DNA from: Azolla caroliniana
Lineage: Eukaryota > Plantae > Polypodiophyta
Length of the DNA: 64,000 nucleotides
Reading direction: 5' to 3'
Assembly: GCA_043228905.1 (NCBI GenBank)
Contig: JBHGNT010000009.1
Span: forward strand, 8,680,001-8,744,000
Part shown: piece after piece, positions 1 to 15,600 of the stretch
Numbering within the stretch: the first letter of the stretch is position 1
Layout of the letters: every line of letters begins with the position of its first letter
Made by a program: the position numbers and the translations under genes
The notes under the pieces: model-generated
The model's input: only the letters and a program-made list of their open reading frames with translations
Told to the model about the DNA's origin: nothing
Database searches by the model: none

Positions 1-2078
1 AGCTTGTTACTCTCTCACATCTTTTGTTCATTTTGAGAAGCCATGATTTGACTTATATATATGGATGGAGATAGGCTTGAATTTAGAGAGAAGATCAATC
101 AACATTGTGCAATGTCTAAAACGTCTAGTCCTTACGATATGCTCAGAAGGTTGCTAACTTGCTCAAATCTACAGTGTTATTGTATCATTTTTCGATCAAT
201 ACCTTGTCTGAAAGCTCAACAGTTTGACTTGTGCTTTGTAAAAAATTGCTATCAAGGGAGAACATATTTTATCTATTCGTGGTTAACTAGCTCCAAAGGG
301 TTTGTCCCTGGTGTGGTTTGTAAAATGTGGGCACACTATTTTTAGTTATTTTGATTTGTAGTCGGGTAGACGTGGATTTTGTACTAAAACTTGATCTGTA
401 CCAATCGTAATATGATATGTTGGTGGTTTTTATTTTTGTATGGCTAACTGACTGTGAAGGGTTTGTCCCTGACGTAGTTAGTTAAATGTGGCTATACTAG
501 TTATTTCTATACTAGTTAAATGTAATTGGTGTACTTACCTTGGTCTGTAGCAATCATAATGATATTATTTTGCTCTTTTGACAGGGATTGTTTACAGGGA
601 TTGTTGTGCTTTTAGCGTACTGTTTTATGTTCTATTGTTAATGTCTGATATGTTTACTACACCCATTTGTTCTAGAATTTTTACATTTGAAATAAAGAGT
701 TTAACTGGTCCCGTTACGATCTTATTGTTGACGAGAGAGAGCTATGATGTAAGCTATCGAGTATCAAATACTTTGTACCTTCTCCTGTTTATTCCTTTCT
801 TGCTCATTATTCCCTTATACTGATGGTCATCCTTGGATCCTTGAATTATGTTGATTTTATGTTCTGGTTGAGGTGAAATACATCATTTAAATGCTGATGA
901 GAATTTGTAAATGAGTAATAAAATGCTCAGAGCTGCTGTGGATTGTTTGATGGTATTTTGATAGGAGACAAACCAACGTTGAATACCTAATGTATACCTC
1001 CTCTAGATACACAAATGCACAAGATTTTAGCAACAGTTTAATCTGATTAATTGAAGATCCTAATATAAGTGACCTCAAATATCAGTCATAACAGTTTTAA
1101 TTATTTTGATTAGAAATATTGAGCCCATATAATTAACACTACAATAAAATTTTAGCCATGGGAGCAAACCCATAAATGTCATTAGAGCCAAGGGAGATAA
1201 TAAAATGCAAATTTTAGCCAAGGGATATAATAAAATGCAAATTTTTATAAAATAAATACAGCCTATAATCAGCACTCATTAGAGGCCTATAATAAGTCTA
1301 GAAGTCAAGTGTATATCTGAGAAATGTTTTCTGGGGTGGAACGGTAGTATGGTGTTTTTAACTGTTGTAAAATCAATCTTTTTTGAAAATTCTGAACTCA
1401 CAACCCTATGCTTGGAAAGAACCTTTTTCTCTATTATTTAAGAGTTTGGAGATCTTTCTTTGTTGATTCTTTGAAGGTGCCTATTTTTCACCTTTGATTT
1501 TATTATATAATCAATTAACATGACTAAAGACATACACCTCATTTCCTATGCCTGTGTGGCCTCACATATGTCAATGATAGTGCATTTAGTTCATTGTGAT
1601 GATTGTAGAAGTTATAAGTATGAAAGAGCAAATTTGCCTTCTCCAACCCCATTAATATATGCATGTTAGTAAGATTGTGGATTTACAAGTTAGTTATCAA
1701 TTAGCTTATTTGTCAATTGATAATGACAAGCTTTCAAAAAACACAATGGCAGTATCATCAATTGCTTCCATACATACATGCATGTTTCCATATGACATCG
1801 AACAAAAGCATTTCCCAAACAGAAGTGTTTCTGAAAACAAGACAGTCGGTTCTCCTTCAGTAATACCCAATCCATTACATACATAAAATGCACAAAATAT
1901 AAATCCATACACATAAAATGTTACAGGTTCTCAGATGGCACAAAAGGTTTTCCCTACCAAATGCATGTTATTCCAAATTTATGAATGAAAAGATAGCAAT
2001 TTCAAATATTTGGTTGATCGACAAGGAAAAGAAAAAAGGTAGAAGGAGACTTTGAATTTTGTTAAACAAAGAGTCTTC

Positions 2079-5000
2079 TTAGGCCTTTATAGAAACGACA
2101 GCTTCATCGAGTGCAGCAACACCAGGTAATTGCCTGCCCTCGAGAAGCTCCAAACTCGCACCTCCTCCAGTGGAGATGTGGCTCATCTTATCTGCTACTC
2201 CGACCTTTTCTACAGCAGCCACAGAATCGCCACCACCAATGATTGTTATCACGCCTTTGCCGCTCAAATCTGCCAATTTCTTTGCAATTGCCTGTTGTAC
2301 ATATTTACACATTCGGTGTGGCATTAGACTGTGCCGTAACACAATCAAAACATGATGCATCATGGGCTCCACTTCATCTAGATCCTAAACTTTGTTAATG
2401 CTAGTAATCTGGAAATTTTGAACAAAAATATACCACTTGTGGTTTTTGGAATTCCCCAAATACCCCACACCTTTTACACATGGCAGTTTTATGGAGTGAT
2501 CAAATAAAGGGTCCCATTTTCTTTATATTATATGAATGCTGCACATGCAAATAAGGTTATGCATTTCCTCAGACTAAACAAACTGCAGCATATGCATGTA
2601 AGACTCTCCATATGCATTTTTGTGGTTTTTGCGAACTTTGATAGTGCTAAAATAATTCATAGGTGTTTTTGCAAACTCAGTCAAGTTAAAAAGTTTCAAT
2701 ATATCACGGAAAAATTGAAGTATAAAAAAACATGCGAGGATGTCAAGTTCGCATTAGAGTTTAGACTACCTCAGTGCCAATGGCAAACTTATCAAACTCA
2801 AAGACACCCATCGGGCCATTCCAAATAACCGTTTGTGTAGTCTCCAAGGCCTCACTGAATGTCTTTATAGAATCAGGACCGATGTCAAGACCCATCCATC
2901 CATCAGGAATAGCTGACGCAGGCACAATCTGGGATATAATAAACACCCCATTATGGAAACTCAAAAAACAGTTAGTAAAATCATATGAGATATAACACTA
3001 AATACAAGATAAAGAGGCATTCATGTCTCAAATGCATTGTCTCCAAAATATTTACATACTGCGCTAATATACAAACACATGTGGGATGCATGCCTGTGTG
3101 TGCATGTGAACATCTGTATGCATCAATAAGATACTTACCTTGCTGTTTGCATCGGGGGCAAATTTGTCAGCTATAACAACATCTGTTGGGAGTAGTAGGG
3201 ATACACCTTTAGCTTTTGCTTTCTCAATGAGTGTTGTTGCGAGGGAGAGTTTGTCTTCTTCTACAAGTGAAGAGCCGACAGAGAGACCCTGTGCTTTATA
3301 GAAAGTAAATATCATTCCACCTCCAAGTAGCAAGATATCACACTTCTCCAATAGAGATTCAATCACACCGATCTTGGAGGACACTTTGGATCCACCAACA
3401 ATAGCTGCAAAAGGGCGTTTTGGGTTGGATACGGCACCATCCAAGTAGTCCAGTTCCTATATAAAATAGCTTTTGTTTTGAGAAAAACAATAATTTGGGA
3501 TATTAATCCACAATAAAGACACATTAATTTAAGGAAGGTTTACCAAAACGACCCTACACATTCCAGAGATTCCCCATCCTTGTCCATATGCATTGATATA
3601 TACATGTCCCATTCATTTTTGCACACTTATATCAATGCATGTATACCCTCATTTTTGGTCTCATCGGTCATGTTTGACCTCTGAAGACAATAATAGAATC
3701 TATCTACCTCTCTCTCCCTCTCTCTCTCTCTTAAATTTCTAGGGAGAAAATGTAGAGAAGAGAAGAGCCTTTTAGAAGTTTCAAGATTCTGAGGAATTTC
3801 AGGAAATGTTCGGGGATTTTCCAGTAAACTTTCCACAAAAATTTAAAAAAGTTAAGCATTAAAAAATGTTAAACCTTTTGAAGGAGAAATCCAGCAACAG
3901 ATGGTTTCAAGTACTTTGTGACACCTTCGGTTGAGGCATGTGCTCTATGTGCAGTGCCGAAAGCATCGTTGACATAAATATCAGCAATAGACGCAAGTTT
4001 CTTGGCATGGTCAGGATCATTCTTCTCTTCTTCTTTGTAAAACCTCACATTCTCAAGGAGTAAAACTTGTCCATTATTAAGTGCAGCCACTTTCTTTTCC
4101 ACCTCCTCACCAATCGAATCATCAGCTTTCTCAACCTATGTTGAAAGTACAAAAGCAAGAGCAAGAATGAAGAGAACATCAGGGACGTCTTAAGAAATAT
4201 GTCTATGTTAGAAGAACACATTAATGCACAGATAAAGTTTCTTAACCAAATTATGTACAAAATTTAAAGATTTTTCACACCTTAATGCCTAGAAGTTCAG
4301 AAAGACGAGGAACCAATGGAGTCAATCTGTATTTCTCGGTGACACCTTTTGGTCGTCCCTGTGGCATGAAATCACATCAGGATAAAGGAAAAAATAAATG
4401 GCATTTTTTTTCTTAAAAGCCAATTAATCTACATTCAAGATACAACCATTTCAAGCAGAAGATCGTAGATGAAACATTGATTAGAGCACCAATGTTAAAG
4501 AAAAGAATTCAAGTTTTGCAGTAATGTTACGAATAACTATTCAAGAAATAGAATCCATTCATATGAGCCAATCTACAAACAGCCATTCAAGCAACGTTGT
4601 CAGAACTGACTGATCTACACATGCCATCACTCAAGCAACATTTCCAGAACTAGCCAATCTACACATGCAATTCAAGCAACATTGTAAGAACTAATCGATC
4701 TACACATGCAACCATTGAAGCAACATCGTAAGAACCAACTGATCTACACATGCAACAATTCGAGCAACATTGTAAGAACTGATCGATCTACACATGCAAC
4801 CATTGAAGCAACATTGTACAAACTAACTGATCTACAAATGCAACCATTGAAGCAACATTGTACAAATTAACTGATCTACAAATTCAACGATTGAAGCAAC
4901 ATTGTAAGAACTGATCAATTTACACATGCAACCATTCAAGAAACATCTCTAGATCTACTATTGTGCATAAAGGCAAGAAATGGGAGGCAAAACAAGAAAA

Positions 5001-5504
5001 TAAAAGGAAAAATAAATAATTTTTATAGAGGAAACATACCAAGTGGCTAGTGAGGACAACTTTGGCACCATTGCCAATGAGATATTGGATGGTAGGGATG
5101 GCTGCCCTAATCCTAGTGTCATCTGTGATGTTGAATTTATCATCGAGGGGGACATTCAGATCAGCTCTCACAAACACAACCTTCCCTTTCAATTCAGCTT
5201 CCTTGAGGTCACCCACACTCCTCTTGGCCATGCAGACCACCAATCCTCTGCCTCCACGAGTGTTTCCCTTGGCGCTCACATGATGCGCCACAGTATTCTG
5301 GTGATCAAACACCCCGAAGAAGAAACTCTTCTTGTTGGAAGAAGAAGAAGAAGAGGCAGCAAGGCCATTGAATGATCGGAGAAGAGGTTTCCTCAAGTGG
5401 GCAATTCTCAGGGAAGATGATGATGATGATGATGATGAAGAGCTTATTTGTGAGGAAACAATGGTGGAAGAGGATCCCACGTGGCTCAGCGAAGCAGAAG
5501 CCAT
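2079..5504 (-). CDS. PGK: Phosphoglycerate kinase, plastid-targeted (about 497 aa). Exons 5504-5040, 4358-4281, 4135-3875, 3456-3139, 2928-2770, 2291-2079
   Basis: PGK motifs [48 protein letters not shown] and [15 protein letters not shown]. Ser-rich N-terminal transit peptide. Five GT-AG introns, all phase 0; exon lengths sum to 1494 nt. Confidence 0.97.
4565..4945. repeat. About 40-bp minisatellite (roughly 9 degenerate copies) in PGK intron 1
   Basis: Recurring unit GATCTACACATGCAACCATTGAAGCAACATTGTAAGAACT. Confidence 0.9.
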
Positions 5505-6781
5505 GGCAAAGGATGGAGCAGAGGAGTTGTTGGTTCTACTCTGTTTTGTTTCTCTCTAGTTTTAGTTGGGATCCTCTGTTTCCTTGCCCTGTTTCTCTTT
5601 CTCTTCTCTTCTGATGTGAGGGAAGGGGGGAGGGTGTGGGTTTGGGTTTGGGTGTGAATGGGCCCTTATAATAGGGACCCAATGCTAAGGGTAGGAGGGG
5701 ATAAGGCTTTATTTATAAACCTCTCCTTGCATTCTGTTTTTGAGGCTCCCAGTGAAAAAGAATTTGGTTTGCATTCTGTTTTTTGAGGCTCCTCCTCTCT
5801 CCAAAGATAAGGTTTCAATACACTTTTCATATCCTCCCATGGGAGGTTCACAATTCCTTCAGTTTTTTAGCGCACCCCCGCCCTTGGAACCCTTCTCCAA
5901 CTGCCACCTCCAATGAATTTAGTGTTCCTATGTAAAAGGAAAAATCCCCTGGACATGATACCAAACCCCGACCCCAAACATTTGGAACCTACCGATTTCT
6001 AGTACTTTCCCATACATCAGTCAATAGATTGATTACTTGATCTATCAGCTCTTACCATAAACTAAAAAGGCAATTTGTATTGACTTACCATTCATTCATA
6101 TTATGAGCTCTTATCGACAAGAGTTTACAATGAAGGTCTATTGAACAAATAATGGTCCTCTAGTATGTTCACTCTCTTAGAATATCCCATGTGACTACCC
6201 CAAGACTCTAGGACAATAGATAATCATGTGAATGTAAAGCTAGCAATGGCTCAAGTTCAATGTAATGATTCAAATGGCAATCAAATATGAAGTCCAATGT
6301 TCAACAAGATCCCAAACAAAGAGTCAAGATCCTTCCATGAGTTGTTTTGTAAAACTACCATGCATAGACATTCAATTTGATTATTGTATACTAGCAAGGA
6401 CTTTCAAATTAACACAATAAACAAAGTCCAAAGAATGGCAAGTCATTTACAACACTTTGACAATATCACTCCATAATGGGAAATTAAGCACCTCTAAAGT
6501 AATGATTAGACCTCACATTCTGAGTTCAATTCTTGCCAAGAACATTTAAGCGAAAAAAAGAATGTCATAATTAATAATAAAGGTCCAACAAGGTACACTC
6601 CATATGTCCTCCAAAAGATACAGTATGGAAGCAAATAAGAAACTGAATGATATTTGCCGCAAATCATGGGCAAAAATACCAGGTTCTCTTTGTTAAAGAG
6701 ATCGGACATAATGCTAATCTCGTGTTGGAACCCAAGGCATAACCGAGATTTTTGAGATAATGATACAAAATTAGGACCTCC

Positions 6782-9700
6782 TCAATCTAATTTGACAGAA
6801 GCATATATGGTTCGGACAAACCAAAAACATGCAAAGAAGCCAATGGTGCCAGTAAGAACAAAGAAAGAATAGGAAATTATGATCATATAGCCGAAGTAGA
6901 GGATTCCGGAGACCACTTTGGTGATATTCAACTTTGTGAAGAAGTAGAAGATTGCATAGAGGAAGAGATAAATTGCTGACGATCCTGATGTCATATATGC
7001 TCGCCACCACCAATGATAGTCTTCGCTACAAAGTTGAAAGTAGCATAGCACAATTGTGATCTCCGCACATGTGATGAGCAAGATAATGAAAACAATGAAT
7101 AGGAACCCAAAGATGTAGTAGAATTGATGGAACCATATTGATGTTAGTATGAAGAAAAGCTCAATGAATACAGCTCCAAACGGTAAGATCCCTCCAATAA
7201 GGATTGAGAAGCTGGGGTGCATGTACCATGATTGCTCAGGTATTTGCCTTGGAATCTTATTCGTCCTTACCGGATCCTCAATAGGAGCCTTTTTGAACCC
7301 AAAGTAGCTACCAATGAATACAAGAGGAAGCGATATTCCGAACCATAAGAACACAAGAGCAAATAGAGTACCAAATGGAACCGCACCCGATGACTCTTCC
7401 CCCCATATAAGACAATTCAACACGAGGAATATACAAAAGATAATGCCGGGGAAAAAGAAAGCTGTCTTGAGCGTGTTTTTCTTCCACTCAGTGCCTTTAA
7501 ACATCCGGTACAGCCTTGAAGACGAATAGCCAGCAAAAATACCCATCAATGCCCATAGCAATAGCATTGCGCTCATTAATGCACCCCTATTCGCTGGTGA
7601 AAGAAACCCTAGCAAAGCAAAGATCATTGTGATTATAGTCATTGCTAAGAATTGAATTCCAGATCCAACATAAACACAAAGAAGTCCGGATTTCTCTGGT
7701 GCCCGGAAGACGTCGGCATGCACTAGTTTCCAACCCGTTTCCTCTTGAGCTTCTTCTTGTGTCTCCAGTTGGTTGTACCTAGCTATGTCTTGATAAAGGG
7801 TGCGCATCATTATCATTGCAACCATCCCCGACAAAAACAAGACTATCATTAGAGAGTTGACAATTGAGAACCAATGAATCTCATTATCAGACATCAGAAG
7901 ATAAGTGTCCCACCGAGAAGCCCATTTCACATCACTTGCCTGCATGAGATAATATAGATTCAAAAAAGTTGAAAAAACAAACATATGGTACAGCAACAAC
8001 TTGTAAAATTTGGGAATTTTTTTAAAACTGTCACCATTTAGGTATGATATGAAACGTACACTCCCTAAATGTTTCAGAAATATCAATCTTTGCCTTTGGC
8101 TGGCAAGAAATTCAAAAACATATATGCAAACCATTTGACAATGACATTGTAAAATTTTTAGAATGCATTCACAAACTATTTGAAGGTGACGTCATAAGTT
8201 TCAGGAAATTTTTGAAAAAGTTCTTCATTTTCGTTGTAATATAAAAGAGTACCTCGAATTATACCTTTGATAAAGAAGGTCAGGCATTAGGAAAATTGAT
8301 ATATGCCTATTGTCCTTGGTTTTACTTTCGGATACTAATTTATAATATCAATATTTCAATTGGGGATGATACAGATTTTTACGATATGTTTCTTAAGGGA
8401 GTAAATCTGATATTTTCAAGATCTTTAAGGGTATATCTTACTTCGAAAATGAAGTGTTAAATTGCAAGCCAAGTAAAGATGGCACTGAGATAACTACTTG
8501 AGAGCTGGTTCCATATAGGAAAATTATACCTGGAATTTCACATCATATGTAAAGAATATTTCTTCATTATCCTTCACTTCTTGGAGAGTCTGCAAGCCTG
8601 TAACAACCTGTTTGGTGTCTGCATTGCAAGTAACAAATCGTGGCTTCTCCGTTTGAAATGGTTTCTCATACTCATGCTTCACACTACCAGAGAAACATTT
8701 TAATAATTAGATGAAATGCAAAAAGAGGAGATATTTGGAATGTGATCAAGTCAGAATATTCTGAAAAAAGCAAAAACACACAGAGCAGTTTATTACCAAA
8801 TAGAGACCTTGAAGAAGCAAGAAAAAAAAGGATATCAATCAGATCATAGAGCACTGGCAGGAAATTTTTTAATATGACATTGATTAAACAAAAGAACCCT
8901 CCCAAAAATGCAAAGAAGAGCACAGCATTTTATGATGTATGTAGAAAAGCATACTCTTTTTTTACCTAAATGGAGAAACTTCAAAGCCAACAATCCTTGA
9001 TGTAGCAGACTCGGCATCAAGGTGGAATAATACGGTGAAGATGAGATGGTTGTAGAGATAATATTTTGCTTCACCTCCCTGTAGTAATGAAAGTCAATCA
9101 ATTTCATATGTTGAAAATGAGTCTTAATAAATTAAATTGCATGAATTGATCAGGTATAACCTCTTGAGAGGCAAACTTGAAGCCTACGGGAAAACCATGT
9201 TCATAGGATTTTATAGCATTACCACCATCATTCCTCTCCCTCACTTCAGCCACAGGTAGATTATCTAAGATCCTGTTAGAAAACACCCACGCTGAGCCCA
9301 GAAACCTTTAACAGTTGAAATATTTAAAAACGAACAAAAGAGCAATGTGTATGTTTTTTTAGCAATATCATCATTTGCAACCCTTGAGTTGTGGAAAGTG
9401 AATTGGTAAAGTCATCTCTTAGGAGAAAAAGTGTTTAAGCAACTGTTGGAGTAATGACCATAAAAACAAAATATGAATGCTTTTTACAGTGACTGTAACT
9501 TTGGACCCATTGCTCTAGACTTGAACCCACAAGCTTGTGGAGTTATCAAGTATAAGCATTACCATTATACTATTATATTTACACACACTTTTTGTAATCA
9601 TAATTAATAATGGACGTATAAAGACAATGCTTTTGCATTGTGCTTTAATGGATTTCAAGTTGTTGCTAAAAATATATTCAGCACTGCAACATATTGCAAT

Positions 9701-12075
9701 TTTTTATTGCACCCTATTCTTGTTAAATAACTCCTTACATTTAGGATTTACGAATAATTTTTCAAACTAGGATTCTCAAAAGAATGGACTGCTTCTTTGG
9801 GTAGCAATGCAAATCAATAAAAGAAGTTTCATATACAACAGAACTAATCTCCATAATGGCATAAAAGAAGAAGTGTAAGATAGTTAGAATCTAAAGGGAT
9901 GATAAATACAGAGACAAGATATTACATGGAAAGCACATGTGATGCACTGCCTATTTTTTACAGATACAGTGACGAACTAAACATTAGGAACCCATAAGAG
10001 AGATGGGAGGAACAAGCAAAGATCTATAGACATTGACAAAACCAATAAATATTATGAAACCACTAGATAAAAATACGGGTCCTTTTTTATCTTGAAAAAT
10101 AGGCTTCAAATTAGCTTTGGAAAGGCAATGCTCATATAATAATAACAATAATAATAAGCATAAAGCTCGATGTTTACATGTTTACACGGTAATCTTCATT
10201 AATCTTTTCTCGAAACTTGTTTGCTACATCCGGATTTAGATTGTCGATTCTGCATGCAAAGTTGCAAATCTTGTCTTCTCTCATCCTTAACTGCCACATT
10301 GTACTCAATCTAGTGTTAGATCTACACAAAGTACAAAACGCTCCGAAGAAAGAGGGAGTATTTTTTAAAAGAACAAAGTAAAGGAACATTGTCTAACTTA
10401 CCACATATGGCGAGTTCTCGATACGATCTCCTCTCAATACTTCCCCTAAGTTTTCAGCAGTGTTCTCGATCTTGGGAGGCTTACAATAGCCGAGCGAATA
10501 ATACTCATATGGTAGTTGTGTCTTGACCGAGGTTAACTTATTCACCTTTACTTGTAGCTCATCTCCCTATATGTAAATTTACTCCAGATTTAAATCTCTT
10601 TATATATTGTTTATGCAATGAAATAAGACAATTTTTCATTTAACTTATTCATATTTTTACAACACCACAACCTTGCTACAGTTTGCTTGAAACCTCAAGC
10701 ATAGAATTATTTATAAATATGAGAGAAATACCGCATGGAAAGCCATTTAACCAAAATCTCTATACCATAATAGAAATCTTACTAAGAGACGCGAATATCA
10801 CATGAAAATATCATTAGATCTGAATCTCTATGTTGCATTCAACAAAAGAATGAATTGCAGATTTAACTGGTTACAAATTTACAGTTTCTTAATGTTGCTA
10901 TATTTAGCAATATTCCTAAAACATAGACCCCTTTATAGATGAGATGGAAATTCAGTTTAGAATTCACATTTACTTTGGAGTTCATCTCTCTACTTAAAAA
11001 GATCGTTTAGATCTGAATCCATCTACATTGCCTTCAGTGAAAGAAAACAATGGGCATTTAGCTAAGCTTATGAAATTCACATAACTCATAATTACCTGAA
11101 TTCTTAGTAGGTGCAAAATACCTTTAGATCTATATCTATCCATATTGGATGCAATGAAAGAAAGAAATTGCTCATTTAGCCTAGCTTATAAAATTCACAT
11201 ATTTATAGTATCATAAGCTTACTGTCTTTAGCATTAAACCTCAAACATATACTACTTAATATCTAATGAAAGAAGCTATGAATGTTCAGCTAAGGATATA
11301 AAGTTCACATTTACACATTAAAAATCATATTTACTTGGCCCTCATTTTCTTGCATTCATAGATTCCTTTGAAGTTTAGGTGTAAACCTCTTTAGATTGTA
11401 TTCATGAAAGAAGAGATTGTTCTAATTTTTATAGTATCAGTAACCCTTGCTTCTGTTGACGCGAGTCTTCCAAAAATAGAACCATTAATAAGACATCATG
11501 AGAAATACCACATGAAAATCCATTAAGATCTAAATCTCTATGTTCTATTTACTCACTTAAAGAAGACATCGAACATTTTAGAAAAGAGTATAAATATCAG
11601 ATTTGCAGTTCATTAACCGTGCTATTGTTAGAACTAGAACATAGAATGCTTAAAACTAAGATATTATGAGAAAAATACCCAAATGTAGCCTAAATCACGC
11701 ACTGTCTATACATTAACTGAGAAGGAAGACATTGTAAATGAATTAAGAAGATGATTATGAATTAACGTTAAGAAATCCACTTCGATTCCCAAAGAATTTG
11801 AGAGAACTCAGTAGTTTACGCAAATGCCATAACCAATTGACTGTTAATAATAAAAATAATAACTCAATATTATACTGAGATCTATTTCTTTTTTCCAAGG
11901 TTGGATTAAATCAGGTCAATTTTAGAGTAGAATAAAAAAATTAAAAAAAAGATAAAGAACTAACCTGATTAAAATCTCTTGGAGCCACACCTGGGAGGTA
12001 AAAGGCAGAGCAGGGGGAGCCATAGAGCACAGAAGAGATGATGAAGAGAGAGATGAAGAACTTGTGAGAAGCCAT
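6782..12075 (-). CDS. TMN: Transmembrane 9 superfamily / EMP70-like protein (about 641 aa). Exons 12075-11965, 10566-10402, 10290-10178, 9272-9161, 9078-8966, 8683-8530, 7939-6782
   Basis: Signal peptide followed by FYLPGVAP; motifs [49 protein letters not shown]; C-terminal KxD/E signal (VKLD). GT-AG junctions keep frame; exon total 1926 nt. Confidence 0.95.
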
Positions 12076-12105
12076 AGCTGAAGAAACCATCTGTGTCGGT
12101 CTGTT

Positions 12106-12205
12106 TCTCTCTCTCTCTCTCTCTCTCTGGAGTGGTAGATCTAGAAGAGAGAGAGACCCTTTTTGTTAGGGACTTAAAACATATTTCTCTTCCAAGAATG
12201 AGAGA

Positions 12206-12256
<51 letters not shown>
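12106..12256. repeat. (CT)n microsatellites in the TMN 5' UTR/promoter
   Basis: CT runs at 12106-12128 and 12208-12256. Confidence 0.95.
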
Positions 12257-12258
<2 letters not shown>

Positions 12259-12649
12259 GGTGAATCACAAAACTACATCTATAAAAATATTAAGCATTAC
12301 TTGAAGCAAGCATCATATGTATATACATATTTTCTTTGGATGCTACTCTTCTCATAACCCCCCCAGTCACTAAGAAATGCTTTGGGGGGGGAGGGGTTAG
12401 TCCACTCAGATCTATCTAAGAGTGTGTCAGGTTTCCCAGTATGCTCTTGGGGCAGAGTCCACTGCCGAATTTCACTACAACTTGACACGCCTAGATGGGT
12501 TTCAACGCATGCCGTTATTTTATCTTTTATTGTATGAATGCGTAATGTTTGGGATAGAGGGTAGACAATCCTATTAGTAGGACCCTTTCTGATCATTGTG
12601 ATCTCCACTCTTGCACTCTAGCTCTTGGTTGCTTTGCCTCTCACATCTG

Positions 12650-15600
12650 CAATGAGATGGACATGTGGTAATGAGATGTCAACCATTGAGGTTGAGGCTA
12701 GCTCATTCGTTGCTAGCTACCAAGCTCAAGGGTTTGCCCATATTGGCTTTTGGCATGTCACATGAGTAGCATGTCACATGAGTAGCATGTCACCCATTAT
12801 TATGTACGTGTGCATGGTTTCTTTTGTATTGTATGTTGCGGATCAAGGATCCTATGGGGGTTGCCATACTTCCCCATGGTTGTCAAAGTGTTCTAACCAT
12901 GGGCCCATCATTGATTTGCCCCTTGTGTCTAACCACATTGCCCTTTGCTTGCTCCTTGCGTTACTAATTTTCTATTGGTCTCTGCGGCCTAGCACTTGCG
13001 GTTCATGTACCCTTGGTAAGCATCACTTATTAATACAAGCACTTCATGTTAATATATCCTATTTACATCACCTCTTGAGGTTGGCCTCCAAGATAACCCC
13101 ATGAATACTAATGTAACAATGATATCTTAAATGAAGAACTATGTTGTCATAGTTATTTGGGTCATGTTAGGGTTCTCTCAATTTGGGGTTGTATTCTATG
13201 CTTCTACAAACCATGATTGTCAGATATCCTTCTTTTCGCTTTGTTCTATTCCACTCATACACCATTTTGGAATCATTCAAGTTGTCATTGTGATTTCATT
13301 CATGCAAGCATTTTTGAGATGTGATAGTTTCCATGCTTGTGATTAGGGTATGTACGAATAGATGTGCTACCATTCTCCTCTCTTTCCTAAGTGCTTTGGT
13401 TATATGTTTGTAGCAATGCCCCATTACTTCTAGACATGGACAACTTATCGATTGTCTTCACGATCTTTTCACAAATGATTCATTTTGGGAGTAATATTTT
13501 TATGTGGCATTATTCCTTGAGCTATTTTGTGATGTAGCCATGTTGTTTGTGATATAACTAGCCAAAGTGAGTTCATGTTCTTGAAGTGGTCTATTATGTT
13601 GTCTCGTATGAAGTTATCTATCACATTATTGTTTAGGGACCAAGTTTCAAAATGCCTCAATGAGAAGCTTAAAAGTTATACAACCAAGAATAGAGGGAAG
13701 TCCATGGTAAGGTAAAAATCGGGGGATAGAAAAGCCAAATATAAGCTTAAATTAAAATGACGAGAAAAATGCCTCGAAAGATCCGTCTGACATAGAAACA
13801 AGAAACTCACCGATCAAAATTCTTCATGATTTGAGTTCAAGATCATGCACACTAACAATAACTTGCTTTTAAGTTACAACATTAGCGTTGCAAAGTACCA
13901 ACTTTATTAGTACATCTTGTGGATCTATAGCCAACCATATATGTGGACATCTAAAGTACCAATGTCAATGTTAACCTCGTGAAGCTATAACAAGACACAT
14001 ATGTAGACATCTAAAGTATCAAGGACAATGCTTGGATGTGTAAATGTGTCTTATATGACGTAGAAGGACAATGCTTTTACAATTTCATTGTTATCACCCG
14101 TTGTATTGGTTCCTATATCAACATTGTAGGCCCCAAGAATTTTGTTTTTAGCCTATATTTTAAAGGGAAATGATAACATTTTCACTCTCGGTATTGGTGT
14201 CAATGTCTACATTTAGGCAAATAGTCAATGTGTATGATTTGAAGGAAATTTATATGAAGATTGGTTATGAATTTGTCTCAAAAACCTTATGTTGCAAACC
14301 ACGATATTGATCAATATCCCATCATGTCAATATATTTGAATTTAGAATTCACAATGTAACTTGAATCTATAAGCAATCATTAACATAAAGACCATGCATT
14401 CACATTGTGCTAATTAAGCACGTATTTCTCATAGAGTATTAGGGGTTGTTGATGAATTTCAAGTTAGACGTAAGATGTGAAGCATCTAATAATGCATATT
14501 CATGGACCAAGAACTTGTCCCACGTAATATTTACGGAAATATCAACATCCTCTGGTCTTGCAATTGTGCCATAGACTCTACATCATTAAAGCATGATGAT
14601 CAAATGTTAACATAAGATTTATGGATGTATTAAAACAACAGATACTCACATAACAAATTCGGCAAGATGGCAAACATTATGAAGAGTTAAGAGTAAATTA
14701 GTTGCATAAGTTTGTGTTGTTGCTCTCCATCATTAATAAAGTGGTATCATAGTGTTTGATGATAAGCATGAACTCTTGAAATAAAGTGCAACCTCACAAA
14801 TAAGGATTTGGTTAGCAGTAAATCAAAATGCACATATGTCGCGAGTAAAGTGTGAGATTGGTTTTACCCTTTAGAATGGATTAACATGTGCCAAAAAAGG
14901 TAGGAGAAATACCAAGTTGTTAAATTCGTTCCTAGAAGTTTCTCTTGGTCATACAAATTCATATTGCATATACTAACAATGTCACAATATACCCAGACCC
15001 ATCCTCTTGCTCTTGATAATATACAAGCCACAATTTGGTATAGTTTTGTGACATTGTTGAAAACGGATGAATATATTTAGAACATGACTTTCTGTGCTAT
15101 GCACATCGAACCCTTATCATAACTAACACAATATGTTTCAAATTGTATATAAACATACTTGTTTTGAATAAGCATAGAAATGTAATAACTTTAGAATAAT
15201 TTGATGAGCCAAATACTCTAAAGCTCTAATAAGCTGACCTTGGAAAGGGTTAAAAAAGAGTTATCCCTGTAAGGGCCAATGGCTTTAGCACACATCATTG
15301 GGCTTGGTGAGCACATAAGCTTCAAAAGAACTCCCTAGGTGCCCATAGTGTACTACTAAAGGCGTTGGGGTTTGAGAGAGAATATACACAAAGTCTATAT
15401 ATTGATGACAGATGTTATGTTGTTATTGGGTACTACAATCCCTTATCCCTTTGACATTTCTTATAATCCCTCGGAAGTTGGAGTTCAAGTCTTGAAAGGA
15501 ACTATTTACGCTACACTTTTTTAATATGTTTTTGAAAAATACTATTATTAGGGTGACGAAACAAATTACTAGATGGGTTCAACAACCATGAAACTTTTAT

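Noticed and set aside
1-1900. Short ORFs and small local duplications
   Set aside because: AT-rich non-coding sequence; no recognisable protein similarity or splice structure.
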